A DNA stretch of 64,000 bases from Tubiluchus corallicola. Its lineage: Eukaryota; Animalia; Priapulida. Where the stretch lies: NCBI GenBank assembly GCA_030141605.1, contig JAQGDQ010000884.1, forward strand, positions 1 through 64,000. Reading direction: 5' to 3'. The position numbers were made by a program, and so were the translations under genes. The notes beneath the pieces were generated by a model that saw nothing but the letters and a program-made list of their open reading frames with translations, was not told where the DNA came from and ran no database searches. Below are positions 1 through 13,617 of the stretch, one piece after another (position 1 is the stretch's first letter; each line of letters starts with the position of its first letter).

Positions 1-127
1 AACAGGCTCAGTACTGTTTAACTTCAGTTACTAAACACACATGCTGACTTCTGTGTCAAGGATAAAATGTGCATCACGAAAACTTTATAAAAAAATTTCA
101 CTTTGCCGACAAGGCCTTTTCACACAA

Positions 128-232
128 AGCATCTGTAAATGTTGCCAAGGTAAACATGGCTGCATCTGTCACTGTTGCCAAGGTAAATATGGCTGCATCT
201 GTAAATGTTGCCAGGGTAAAGATGGCTGCATT
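128..232. repeat. 33-bp tandem repeat, about 3 copies
   Basis: gcatctgtaaatgttgccaaggtaaacatggct-like unit repeated three times. Confidence 0.7.
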
Positions 233-319
233 TGATGATGATTTGGCAACAAATGGCTGCTGCTTTTTCTTTGCGTCGAACAATATAGTGCAAAATATAA
301 CTCTGATTCACATAACTAC

Positions 320-3300
320 CTTTGCCATGCAATCAGCAACTTTGGCTGCGACCTCCGCAGACCTAGCTGGTGGAACCACAGTCATCTCTTTCTTTGGAGT
401 GGTTTCATTTTTCTCAGCTACAGAGTGCTTTGATGGCGTCTTCTTTGGTGTTAATTCCTGCCAGAACACAAGACAAAGTATTTTGAAATTAAATCTACGA
501 CACATAGGAGCTACACAGTCTTATTGCCAACACTGTAAATTAACTTATAATATTAAAGGGAAGGTCAAGCTTACCCAGAAAGTTAAGCTTATTTCAACGT
601 GAAAAATATTAGTATAATAAGTTTTTACAAAAAAAAAATTTTATTGCATGAACATTAGGTAAGCTGCAGAAGTTTGAATTAGTTTGAGCAACGTACGCTT
701 ACGAAAAGCCACGACGCGCTTACGAAAAGTCACGGCCCGCTTACGAAAAGCCACGACGCGCTTACGAAAAGCCACGGCTCGCTTACAAAAAGCCACGACG
801 CGCTTACGAAAAGCCACGGCGCGCTTACGAAAAGCCACGGCTCGCTTACGAAAAGCCACGACGCGCTTACGAAAAGCCACGGCTCGCTTACGAAAAGCCA
901 CGGCGCGCTTACGAAAAGCCACGACGCGCTTACAAAAAGCCACGACGCGCTTACGAAAAGCCACGATGCGCTTACGAAAAGCCATGATGCGCTTACGAAA
1001 AGTCACAAAGTCTCCCAGTTATGTCACGATTATCAAGTGAATGGCGGCAACCACCACGCTTGAAAATTTCTATTGAGAGGTAGTACATTTTAAATTTATG
1101 CTTTATAGGCAGTTTCTTGTATTTCTTTCTTGTATTTTTGTAAGTTTAAATGATAAAAGTAAAATAAACCCAACATACTCAGTGACTTGTTCTTGCCTTT
1201 AAGATAGATTCAGGATAGATACAAACAGATAGTAAAACTACTGAACTTGGCAGTCAATAGTATAAATCTGAGTAGGAACAGGACCCAATATATAACCTAA
1301 TTTGTAAAATATTGAAGGAGAACATAATTGTTTTTTTTGAGAGCGATTTACTTGAAAGAATTATTAGCCTTGCCTGATTGTATCCTGTTACCTTCATTAT
1401 ACAAAATGTTGCCAGTTACTGAAACAATAGCAGAACCAAAATAAAAATGAATACTAATCGAATACAGAATACCAAAAATGAATGTTGGGTCCAAAAACGG
1501 ATAAATTATAACAAGAAATGTGACTAACTGAATCCATTAATGTTCTCACCGCCTGAAAGTCAATTTGGCAGCACATAGTTAGTCTGCATTCAAATTCATT
1601 TGTACTGCTAAACTACAAATTTTATTATTATACAAAACAGCAAATTTGGTGTAATAGCTCATTTGCAATTTGGGAAACAGTTGAAATTCTTAAGGCAACA
1701 CAACAGGGACCTTTAAGTTACTAAGCAAAATCAAAACGCTATTAGATTCGGATGACGGTGACAGGATGTCAACTACTGTATCTGTAGACTGTACATTGTA
1801 CAGCGAACAAGTGACGACTTGGTTGAAAATTCGGTTGGTTGGTGATCTATGGTTAGTTAAGCAGGCTATAAGCACAGGAAATGATTCAGTTTAGTAATTT
1901 AAAGTACACAGACTGATTTAAAATTAACTGTAATGTTGCGTGACGTTAGCTATTTTTTACGGTAAGACAGTGCTGTATGTTATTACTTTATAATTTCTAT
2001 GGTACAGTTTTGTTGATAGCAAACCGAAAATTTCTGCAGCAGAAAATACAGTAGTTCGCAACCAAATAGGATACACTAATTATCGGTAAACCAAACCGAA
2101 ATTATCCATTACGCAACCCACCCAGGCGCTATTTAGAACACCTTTAGAGCACCATCTAGAGGCGCCGTAGAATCTGTTTTAGTGAAAAAATTTTGAATGC
2201 AAAGTTACTCTACTGTGATGCTACAGTGCAAAAACTAGCTAAAACTTATAACAAGGAATGAAACACAAAAGAGACGCTTCCCAGCAAAAGAATCAATGAA
2301 TAAACCTTTTCATAGTTCCGAGGATTGGTGATGATCGTGAAAAAGTCAACGGTTAAGCGTACCAGACAGCGCATTTGTGTACACCGTTTTAACGGCTAGC
2401 TAGAAGCTTAACTAGTTCATTTTTCCTTCTTCCCAAGCAAGATACTGCTAGTAAATCACTCAATGCACAGACTAATGAATATTTAAGTAAACTCCACGTA
2501 AAACAACTCAAGTTACTGAAATAATGCGGCAGACGGCTTTGTTTTACCCACACGTAACACGACGGTTGTAGCTAAAACGCATTGCTGTGGTACACATAAC
2601 CTTTGACCTACAGTAACTGTGCGTGCAAAAAACGAAACTGTGAAAAGGCTTATTCTCGCTCCTCCACTTAAAAACAAACTCAACTCAAAGTGTGTGGATG
2701 TTTTATTTCTAAACATTGTTTTTCGCTGGTAGCCAATTAGTAAGCAGTTTTTACTAATAAGTTCATTCAATAGGTTACCGATCATACATTAAGTTCTTGC
2801 TTAACGACTTTTCGTTTTAACGACGCTGAAGACTTAACACCTTTTTTCTGGTTTTTATGCCGCACATTTCACTTTCACGGAGATTTTTGCTCTGCTTAAA
2901 GCCATTTTTATTTTACCAACAACTTTCTACTTAATTTGAAACATTAAAACAGCATGTACTGCATTATTCTGTTTTAAAAACGCAATAAAACAGTACAATT
3001 ATTATTGTGTTTTTGCTTCCCGACTGCATTCAATCGCTAAATGCTGCACAACGAGCGAGATTTTAATTGCTTCCATACACCCGAGTTCAAACTTTATGCA
3101 AAAGAATTTTGCCCCACGGGAATGAAATTGTGGGTTTTACTTTGAGTCTTTAACTGCGTACGCTTCAATGTTAAACCGCTGGCTGGGTGCTGATAATAAA
3201 AATAAACAGTTTCAAGCAAACAAAGAGGTTAATCAATGGAACTATGAATAAATCTCACAAAACATTTACTTTATATCACGGGTGTGCAAATTGCGGCCCG

Positions 3301-4053
3301 CGGGCCACTTGCGGCCCGCGAAGAGATTTGTCACCCTAATGAAAGTGCGGCCATTAATTGAGTGTATCCAGCTGAAGTCTGTGCCACGATCCCAAAGATA
3401 GTGCGGGTAATTTTTTCTACTAGATCGGATGCCATTAACCCTTACAAGACGGTTGTAGCTTAATGTCACTGTACTACACAGACTGTGTGATACACATTAC
3501 TAATATGCATTGTAATGAAATTACCACTATCTGCCCTGAAAGTAGAAATATATGGCTTGTAATATAAATTTTAATAAATTCTGAAATAGTTTCTTGAGTG
3601 TAGTAGTAATGATGTACGCAGGTCGGATGCAAAAAAATCGTTATTAGGCCTTTCTGTACATGGCTCCTTGATCAAACTGCCTTGATCAACAACCAAATTC
3701 CACAGGAATTGCGGGAAAGTTCAATGTGGCCCGGCTAGTCAGATAATTTGCACACCCCTGTTTTATATGATCAAAGCAGCACTGATTTTTGTCTCTGGAA
3801 CGTTCTGCAAAAGAGTTGGCTTCGTTCAGCGACATTTCGCTGGAACAGATTAGCGTCGTTAAGTGAGGGACTTACTGTACTAACATAAAACTGGTTCACA
3901 TACGTGTAACGAAGCTTGCAACGCTTTCTTTAACTCTTTCTCCTCCTTCCACGACAAGCCGTTATTGTAGTCTAAGCTCTTCTGTATGATATTGCGCCTC
4001 GGACGATCCTTGGCTGATGGCGACGGCGTTGACGACAGAGCCGGTGACGCCAT
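320..4053 (-). CDS. JARID2: JARID2/Jumonji (PRC2 cofactor), first two coding exons; gene continues beyond window start
   Basis: Exon 4053-3904 translates MASPALSSTPSPSAKDRPRRNIIQKSLDYNNGLSWKEEKELKKALQASLH, matching the recalled vertebrate JARID2 N-terminus ([39 protein letters not shown]). In-frame stop upstream of the ATG; GT donor at 3903. Phase-0 CAG acceptor at 458, then ELTPKKTPSK...MAK to a probable weak donor (GTAGTT) at 319. Too short to appear in the ORF track. Confidence 0.8.
557..1198. mobile_element. Putative TTAA-flanked non-autonomous DNA transposon (Kolobok-like) carrying a minisatellite
   Basis: TTAA|agggaaggtcaag ... cttgttcttgcct|TTAA; imperfect 13-bp TIR (10/13). Confidence 0.4.
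695..1006. repeat. 21-bp minisatellite, about 15 copies
   Basis: cgcttacgaaaagccacgacg unit; explains the RLRKATT/FRKRAVA pseudo-ORFs. Confidence 0.95.
2787..3877. mobile_element. pogo/Tigger-like MITE (old), host of a nested hAT MITE
   Basis: TA|cattaagttcttgcttaacgac ... gtcgttaagtgagggacttactg|TA; degenerate left TIR, CAGTA-type right TIR. Confidence 0.6.
3277..3760 (+). mobile_element. hAT/Charlie-like MITE, family A copy 1
   Basis: TIR cacgggtgtgcaaatt / aatttgcacacccctg, gcggccc subterminal motifs, 8-bp TSD ctttatat/ttttatat; near-identical to 16917-17302 and 41116-41597. Confidence 0.9.
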
Positions 4054-6185
4054 TGCTAACTGAGGTAGGTGATTATTGGCTTAAGCAACTCATGTTTGAT
4101 ATCAAGACATGGCAGTTTTGTCTCTGATTCCTGTAAAAACAAATCAATTCGTAAATTGTAAGCAAACAATGTTTAACTTCACATATAAGTCAGACGATCA
4201 CCAATCCATTTACTAATCAGGCCCAGTATCGTTTAATTTACATATAAGTGAGTGAATTTTCAACAAATCTCTTGCATTTTGAAGCATGAGAAACTTACTT
4301 TCCAGAAAAGATTCAGCATGTAGAAACTATTATCAAAGGATAATTAAAGGAAATTGGGATGGTATATTCTACCACATCTTGAAGTACGATAAAACGTATA
4401 CATTTTAACACCAATAATACTGCAGAAGCTCTTCTGATAAATAATATATTAAAACCTTAATTAACAATGGGCAAGCCCAACTATTAACGACATCACAAAT
4501 GAACAAAATTTCCAACAGCACGAACATTCCAAGAGAGTATTGCACGTGCTTGCAAAAGCGAAAATTGAAGTACAGTGCTACAGTAAGAGATTTGGTGTGT
4601 TGTACTAAAACTCGGCAAGTTTCAAGATAAAATCTCAAATTTTAAATTTAATGTTGTGCTCATGGGTGGGTTCTCGAATATGTGCACTGTATCACAAACA
4701 AATACCTCTGAAATGAGAGGTACTACAGCACCTGTTTTATGTGCAAACCATTTCCGAAATGCAGACGCTAGTGTCCGTCTAGCTAGAGGACAGCGAAATG
4801 CATATAACAACGAAGAACTAGTGGCGCGAATGTGAAACTGTGTTTGTGCGGTAATAATTCTTTCACATAAGTTATTCTTGAAAAAAAAGTGTGTTTCCTT
4901 TCCATATTTTAAACAGTAGATAGTTTTGAGCTGTGGTTTAAGACTAAGTCCCATTTTTCTTTAACCCTAGTACAGATGTAACCTACAATTACTTTTTAAC
5001 AATTACTGTTTCACGGCCACAGAAATTTCAAAATTTGTAAAAAGGAAATCTTACAAAATTATATTTTTATTGTGACCAAATTTAAATTTTGCTTCATTGT
5101 ACTTTGTAACAGTACTTTGTTACTACTTTAGTAAGCTACAATAAATAATGTAGCTTACAGCAGCCACGGCTGGAAAAAAGTAGCTAACAACAGCTACATC
5201 AACCTCTAGAAAAAAGTAGCTAAATACAGCTACATAACCTATGGATGCTGTAACAGAAAAATGCAGGTAATTGCAGCAGCACCACAAATACTACTATGTT
5301 ATTACCTAACAGCTTTAAAGATTATGCAATTCACACATTTTCAGGGACTGCTAGTTAGCTTATACCCGTAATACTCAAATATTATTGAAAAATATAAATC
5401 GTGCTAGTCGACAATCCATATGTGAAAACTGGTATAAATAAGAATCCGAATACATAAACGTATTAAAAATCTGCCAAGTTGTAAGTTATGCTTAACCAGT
5501 ATATTTCTAAAAACACTTTCTAAGCTGAACAAAGTAAGGTGAATTAACATAAAGGCAATTTAGTTTCCTCTCCCAATTCACAATTTTTTATTTAACAATG
5601 GACTAACTTGAATTGTAATGAGCAAAACAGACCTAGCATATAAAACAGCCTAAAAATTTAGTAAAAATAACTGAACCATTCTTTAATTAAAACCCGGGTA
5701 GTCAACTTAGTTTAATATATCAGGCAAGCCTAAAGTTGTTTTCACTTGACCTGACAAACGGAGAGCTTTTTTATTAGTAAAACTTATGTCGCATGCAGTC
5801 TTAACCACGATAAACAAATTTTCTTTCTTTGCTCTCCACCACTAAGACTTCTCTTCTTTCAGTTCTTTGATGATGTTAACAGTGCTGCCACACAGTGATC
5901 GACGTAAACGGCATAAGAAACACTGTTGAAAAAGTGCGTTTCTAGTTAGGTATTCTTATCTGTGTGTACTACAGTAATTACACACTGCGGCGCTCTATGG
6001 TGGTCACTGCAAAACAATTATACCACAATACAATAGTAATTATATTTAAATATTCTGGCGGTTCTAATATAGTTGCTAGTGTTCGAAATTTCAAAGTTAT
6101 ATTTATATTTAAGCAGTTTTAGTTTTTATTCACTCTTTCGTTTTCTTGTAATATAAATATCTTGCACACTAAATCTGAATTGGTG

Positions 6186-6433
<248 letters not shown>

Positions 6434-6439
6434 ATCTCC

Positions 6440-9430
6440 AGTAGTTATAATATAACTTTTGAGGCAAATAGTTCTTCGACTGCAATTGCGACAATTTGTA
6501 CATACATTAGAATCAGATTGTCATCAACACCTAGGTGGCTCCACTGGCAGGTTTTCTCACTATAATATGTAATCCAGCATCCTTGTTATTGGCATGTTCC
6601 AATTAGCACGGTGATTAAATTTCAATGAATGATGTTTATAGTGTCTATCTAATTTTGAATTAAATGAATTTACAGATGTTGCTGTTGTCACATCAAAGGG
6701 CAATCTATTCCAGAACTCTGGCATCGTAGAAGAAAAATAGTTGTATTAGCATCTTTTAACTCAAACCATGCATCATAACGTAGTAACAGTTGGGTAACCG
6801 TTGTTTTACCCTTAACAAACCCTTGTTGTTATTCACAAATATTGGTGTATCTTATGAGATGGTTCATTATATGCTTCCGCATGATTTTTTCTGTCACGTT
6901 GTCAATTGTATTTAGTAAGCTAACTTGCCTGTAGTTCGATGGTTCTGATTTGTCCCCTTTTTTATGAATGGGAGTAACCTGTGCCACCTTCCATTGTCCA
7001 GGTAACTGACAATCAGCAAAAGACCTATCCAGTAAGTATGCTATGCAAGTATAACATACAAGAATAATGCTTTAGATAAAATATAATAATTTATATTATA
7101 GTTTAATTTACATAGCTCACAGTACTAATCTAAGTAGAGTTTTGTTATTAAATTAGTAGAAGGGTGGTAGACTCGATGACCTTTTGGTCTTTTCACAACC
7201 CTGTCTCTCTTAGTAGTCACATCATTTGTTAATGCTATGTTGATTATGTTAGTGAGGCAAATTATTCTGTATTCTGTAAGCTGTATATAGGCTTAAAAAG
7301 TGCAGTTCTACATTCATTTAAAATACGTTGATGGTAAGTATCTGGAGCAGATTTGTTTCAATTAAGATTTTGCAACTCAAAAAGTACCTCTTCTTCCGTT
7401 ATGGAAACATTGTTGATATCAGGATATTGTTGCACTGTAGTTACTTCATAGTTAGAAGCGTTGGGATACTAATGAAAAAATCGTTCAAAATTTGTGCCTT
7501 CCCCTCTGAATCAGAGACAAGAATACCTTGAGAATTCTTCAGTGAATGAATTCTAGACTTCGGCTTCCGAAGCGCATTGATATACTGCCAGAATGCCTTA
7601 GGATTACTCTTGCAATTACTTGCTAAGTTACGTTCATATCTTTTTCTCGCAGCAGTTATAGGTTTTTCACCACATTACGCTTTGCAGCATGCCATTCATA
7701 AGAAAGTTTTGTTCTTTGTCTCTTCCAGTCAAAAAACAACTTTTATTTCTCCTTAATACACCTTACCTAATGGTGAATGGTCTCAATTTTTTTACCAAAT
7801 CATCTTGTACAGTAAAAACTAGATCAAGTAATGATGCCAACACGATAGCATGTTGCAAATTTCACGTGTTGAAACAACAAGTTCAATTCAAAGCATTCTA
7901 AAAACTCATTTTCAGCAGCATTATTGGAGAACACTAATTGCCAATCAATTCCTGGTAAATTAAAGTCACCCAAAATACAGATATTTGATTTGTGAGATTA
8001 ACACACATACGAAATCCGTTTAATAAGATTAACATTATCACTGATTGTTGAGGATGGACTTCTGTATATCAAGAGAATACACAAACTTTGATTCTCTTGA
8101 AGTTTAATTTTTACACAAACTGCACACTTAAAATATTTACAATGTAGTTCAAAAAGGTAAAAAGGTAAAAAGACGTATATAACCACACCATGGCCACAAA
8201 AGTTATAAATAGGTCTACTATAACCCGGGATTGTTAGCTCAGTTTTCTCTATGTAATTTTCACCAGATTTAGTGCTCACTTCTGTACTTGCAACTATATG
8301 AGCATAGGATCCTGAAATAATTTTGTAATTAATTCCTGTCTCTTGTGTAAGAATTGATCTGCATTAGTATACAAAACATTAATGTTTTCCCCAGAAAAAG
8401 TCTTAACTTTATTCCATGTGTTACAATATCTCTTCGGATGCTGTTTACTGCAACCTAATTCTATTTCTTTTTCCATTCGTAGACAACTCCTCTGGCGTAG
8501 TTGATGCTCCAGTTTTTTGACGGCTCACGTTTTTCTTTTCTTCTAAGTCCTTCATGAGTACCTTTCTTTCTTCACGCTGTTTGAATGTTAAATCTGGCCG
8601 CACAAACATATTTCCAACTTCACGATTGTCTGAATCACAAATCTGATGATATGCTTCTAAAATCCATGTTTTATCTGCATAAAACTCAACTCGGAATTTG
8701 AACATGTCATTACCTTTTTGATCTTTAGCTTTCAGACGAAATATATTGGTAACTGGCTTTACATTACTGACACCAATTTTATCCAAGAAGATATTTATCA
8801 TCTCATCCTTTATTTGTTGTAGCTCATGCTTGCTTAGATTAGAATCCACGATGGGTACATTTCCTAACACAAGCCGTGTTTTTAATTTTTCACGTTCCCG
8901 CATTTCTTGCACTTCATTTATTATTTGGGAATTCACCTTACTTTTAATGGTGTTGTCAATCGAATCTTCTAGCTCGCTCATTTTTGCAGATACACCCATC
9001 ACTTTGTCTGCACAACTATGAACATTATCAGTAATTTTATCTACTCGAGCCTTTAGTGCACGATGTTGTTCCTCTAATTTAGCAGCAGATGACAATATGG
9101 AAGAAAAGGTGGTGTTACATTTGTTACAATATCAATGAAGATTCATATTGCCTTTCATAAGTATTTTATAGGTATATGAATCCACATTCTCACATTTTAC
9201 ATGATGCCAAAAGCAACATATTTCACACTGCAAGGCCTGATCATCCCGCTATACTTCTTCACTACATGATCCACATTTACTAGACAAATCAGCACTGCGA
9301 TCGTCAAGAGGATTGTTATCCATGCTAGTTGATAACTGTTGATTACTCTAGCTACCCTTATTCAGAGATCCGGTTGCTGAACTTCTTAAATTACGCTTAG
9401 GATTGGTAACTGTATGGCTCATTATGCTCC
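6440..9430 (-). mobile_element. Degenerate CR1-group LINE: PHD-finger/coiled-coil ORF1, APE endonuclease, RT with large internal deletion
   Basis: About 9120-9280 reads DQALQCEICCFWHHVKC...YCNKC (PHD). ORF 8445-9095 is ORF1-like (RLVLGNVP, FVRPDLT). INVLYTNAD and IYRSPSS are APE motifs (8000-8400). WKVAQVTPIHKKGDKSEPSNYR near 6930-7000 is the RT N-terminus; FWNRLPFDVTTATSVNSFNSKLD near 6650-6720 is the CR1 ORF2 C-terminus. Many stops and frameshifts. Confidence 0.85.
7060..7278 (+). mobile_element. Probable L2-type LINE 3' UTR fragment nested in the CR1 copy
   Basis: agggtggtagactcgatgacc...caaccct hairpin resembles agggtggctgacttgataacc...gccct at about 13490; ends in a ttctgta repeat. Confidence 0.45.
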
Positions 9431-9699
9431 CATAAAAATCGTTTTGACTCAAATTACAGCCCTTTTTGTAGTTAACGACAATATTAATCACCCGCATACA
9501 AGTCATGCACTTTACATCATGAGCATAGAGTCTATCACGTAATCACTATAATAATGTGATAGTTGTTGTTATCACTTTATTTTTGCAGAAATTTATAAAA
9601 AAAATTATATAATATGGTACATATTTATATTTATAATACTATTTATAATACTATAAATTATTATAATAAATATTATAAAATATGATTAAATTTTTCATT

Positions 9700-10805
9700 A
9701 TATGAAAAATTAGAATTTTTAATTAATGTCGGAAAAACATATCCACGTGGAATCTCAGAAGCAGGATTAGAAATATTAAGAATAGGCGGAAAAGCAAATG
9801 TAGTCACTAAAATAATGTTTGGTTGTGTGGGCAGAACATACAGCCAAAAGGAAGTTGATTGGTATAACAGCATTCAAGAAGAATTTGTAAGATGGCTCTG
9901 GAAAGCAAAAGGATGCAGTGGTGCTGCTATTAGAGGTGAAGTGGGGTTTTCGTCCTTCGAAGAATGGGAAGCAAAGGCACGACTAAAATTTTTTAAAAGA
10001 ATTATATTTATGAGCGATAATCGGTTACTGAAAAAAGTGGTAATATGTGTAGTGACACACATAATTCGATCAAAATGGCTGCAAAGAATCAGACATCTTG
10101 GGATAAATTTGGGCTTCCGTTATTTGGCAATATTATGGCATTAGGGGAATTAAATGAGCTAGGGCTGAATAAAATTTATGTTAAACATTTGGGTGAAAAA
10201 GCATGTGATGTGCATATAGAGAAAGCTATAGTTGAAACGGGATTAAAAATGTGGAATGAAAAATTAAGCAAATGTTCGACAGTAGAAATATATTGAGATT
10301 GCAAAAGTTGTATATCATTTGAACCCTCGCTGAATGATACATGGGACGCAGAATTGCTAGTCAAAACCAGGGCTGGTGTATTAGAAGTATTGGGAAATCC
10401 CTTGTATGCTTGGAAAGTAGATTACCACATAGAAAAAGACTTTGTAAATGTGGTAAAGATATTGAAACTGCAGAACACATAATATTGTTGTGAATTTTAC
10501 ACACAGATGAGAAACAAGGTCCCTTGGCAAGGAGTAACTGATGAACAATGTTTGAGATGGCTGTTATTTGGAGAGGGAAAAATTTATGCAGTTTGCCTAC
10601 TGAAGGGTATAATGGTCAAAAGAAGCAGCATTGTGCATGTATAACTTTAAAGCTGATAAGATAAAGAGTAATATATATTTTGCTGTGCGTAATGGCGGTA
10701 TAACATTTATAAACACAAATTTGTTTGGCGGTGTTGTAGCATTGGAGCAAGCATATGTGTGTGCCTTAGCGTTTTTGAGTAGAAATTAGCTAGTAGTAGT
10801 AGTAC
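9700..10805 (+). mobile_element. 5'-truncated, decayed non-LTR retrotransposon (post-RT region with CCHC knuckle; RTEX-like, clade uncertain)
   Basis: AAIRGEVGFSSFEEWEAKARLKFFKRI...RLLKKV, LLVKTRAG, LCKCGKDIETAEHIILL across frameshifts; (TAG)n run at 10790-10804. Confidence 0.65.
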
Positions 10806-11503
10806 AATATACATTGCTACTCGCCCTGGTATAAAAGGGATTTAGGCACCGGACGGATGGATGGATGGCGCCACCTTGATGTAGCTGATGTATCCTGATG
10901 TACCTTGATGTATCCTTAATGTAGCAAGTACATATGGTTTTAATGAAATTATAGTGTGTCTGTTAACAACATCGAATTGATCTTTCTAAACAACTTTTGC
11001 GTCGTTTTGCAACGATGAGGATTTTTGCAACGTAATTACATACTACTTTTCGTCAAGTTTTAAATTCTAACACAGGGTAAGCGTATTAGCAATATTTCAC
11101 AATATTTTTTGTGACTGTTTGTTATATTTGTAGAACATGGTATTTGTAGTGTTTGTCTGTTAGGATGTGATAGGCTGGAGATTTGCTTTCAGTTCAGTTT
11201 GCAAGTCTCATTTACCCCCAAGCCGTCCTTATCCCCCCCCCCCTATATTTGACTGTGAGTTGAGTGAACCATTACTGTCGGGCTGAAAATAAAGTGATCT
11301 TTTAGAGGATCTCGAAGATTTCAGCATATGAAGAGTACCCGTATTGCTGTTTGCCCTAGCACATGCAGTGTCAAGCAGTGTTTAACATTTAGAACAGTAT
11401 ATTATTTGCAGTTTTACTTTTGTGATTAAAGGAACAATTCTTAAATTAGTATAATTCGAAACATTTATTTTGTACTTATGCGGTATGGCAGTATTATATG
11501 TAA

Positions 11504-13617
11504 TAGTGTTCAATAAATGTGTAGAAGAGGGTATCTATCCTGACGTGTTGAAAATTGCAAAAATAATCCCGATTTACAAATCTGATTCTCCCATTAATCC
11601 CACTAATTATAGGCCAATATCTCTCTTATCTCCCATATCAAAGATTTTTGAAAAATTAATTTACTCTAGGCTAGCTAAATTTCTTTTAAAAGAACAAATT
11701 TTAACTAAATTCCAATTTGGATTCAGAAAAAGTCATTCTACATCTTTAGCTGTGTCAGAAATAATTGAAAAGTTTCTTGCGAATATTGATAAGGGGAAAA
11801 CTACTTGTGCTATATTTTTAGATTTATTGAAAGCATTCGACATGGTACAACATGACATTTTGTTATATAAGTTATCATACTATGGTATCAGGGGACGTCC
11901 TCTTGCGCTTTTCACGTCTTACCTTACTAATAGGAAACAGTTTACGTCTATTGACTCATCGGAATCTAAACTTGCTGACATAACCTGTGGTGTCCCACAG
12001 GGTTCTACATTGGGTCCATTGTTATTTCTTTTATATATTAACGATGTGCCATCTTGTTCGCAATTTAACACCAGATTGTTTGCAGACGATACAAACTTAT
12101 TTTTATCACACCAAAATATCAAAACATTAGAACATTCAGTAAATGTGGAACTGGACAATATTAATAAATGGATGCAAGCAAATAAGCTATCGATAAATTA
12201 TAAAAAAACAAAATATATGTTAATTGGAAACAAGCAACATAACAATAGTTTAAACATAAATATGGGAGGTTGTACTATTCAATCTACACAAGAAATCAAA
12301 TATCTTGATATATTTATAGATAGTAGAATTACTTGGAAAACACATGTTCAGCATATAGTCAACAAAATTAGCAAATTAAGTGGAGTATTAGCTAGAATAC
12401 GACACTACATAAATGTAGATGCATTACGGCTCTTATATTCTTCTCTTGTCATGCCATATCTGAGTTATGGCATTCTCGCCTGGGGTAGTGCTTCAGCATC
12501 GGTCTTAAAATCATTGGTTTCTAAACAAAACAAGATTATCAAACTTATAACATTTACTAGCAAAAGGGAACATGTAACACCTTTGTATTTGCAATTAAAT
12601 CTACTAAAAGTATATGATATGTATAAATTAGAATTGCTCAAGTTTGTACATAAATTCAAAAATAATTCACTTCCAGATCTCTTCAGCAATTATTATACTT
12701 CAGCATGTCACATGCATCACCATTCTACTAGGTTTGCTACAACCCAATCTTATTTTATTGAAAGATTTAATTCATCTAAAGGCCAGAATTCTTTAAAACG
12801 CCAAGGATCTTTGCTGTGGAATTCATTACCAGACCAGGTAAAGTCAAGTAACTACAAAAAGTTAATTCTAAACTATAAAAAACAACTTATTGCAGGATAC
12901 AAATAAATGAGACATTTTGCTTATATACTTGTAATACTATACATATTTTTTTTCATTGCTACGACACTTAAAGATTTTGTTTAAGTTTTTGTTATATTTT
13001 GATTTCATTTTGTCTGATTTACAGTTGAAATAGTTTTTCGATCGTTTAATTTATTATATTTTCTTTCTCGACAAATTCAGTCATTGATGTTATTATTACA
13101 ACATTTCAGTTTTGTTTTTTTCTTATTTGCTTCTGTTTCTTGTTTTGTTTTGTATGATTTATATTTACCTTTTTCCTTGGTTTAATTTATTATATTTTTT
13201 TCTCGACAGCTTCGGTTGATCATTCTACTGTTTTTGTTTTTTTGCCGGATTTTTTAGTTAGTGCTCAAATTATGCATTTTCTGTTATCTTAAAGATCTCA
13301 AGTTATTTTTATTGTGTTTGCTTCGCATGATTCACAGTATTTTAGAATTGTAAATCTTTCGTTATTTAAACTATATGTTCTACAGTATTACGATACCCAT
13401 CATTTAATTGCCAATTACACACATCAACCGAATACAAATTTAAATTGATAACGACGCCATAATTAAGTTTATTTAATCATAACTATTTAAGGGTGGCTGA
13501 CTTGATAACCTACGGGTTCTTCGCTGCCCTTCTCCTTTGCTTCAAAATATTGCATGTATTCTTTATACTGTATTTTTATCATTCTAACGGAGATAATAAA
13601 TAAATAAATTGAATTGA
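11504..13617 (+). mobile_element. 5'-truncated L2/Crack-like LINE with uninterrupted RT ORF (to 12906) and 3' UTR
   Basis: NYRPISLL, QFGFR, FLDLLKAFD, GVPQGSTLGP and LFADD motifs; AT-rich 3' UTR, terminal hairpin, aataaa/ttgaa tail; candidate 8-bp TSD atatgtaa at 11496-11503 and 13618-13625. Confidence 0.92.

Noticed and set aside
69-602. 177-aa plus-strand ORF
   Set aside because: Antisense shadow of the JARID2 exon plus the 33-bp repeat.
641-1040. Arg/Lys-rich protamine- or histone-like ORFs on both strands
   Set aside because: Simple translation of a 21-bp minisatellite inside a JARID2 intron; no splice or start context.
5780-6010. Possible JARID2 first exon/promoter
   Set aside because: Position is plausible but I found no clear donor or core promoter motif to support coordinates.
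11470-12906. Domesticated or host reverse transcriptase gene, or retron-like system
   Set aside because: The ORF has no ATG start, begins mid-ORF2 at a candidate TSD and has a LINE 3' UTR and tail; an ordinary 5'-truncated LINE.
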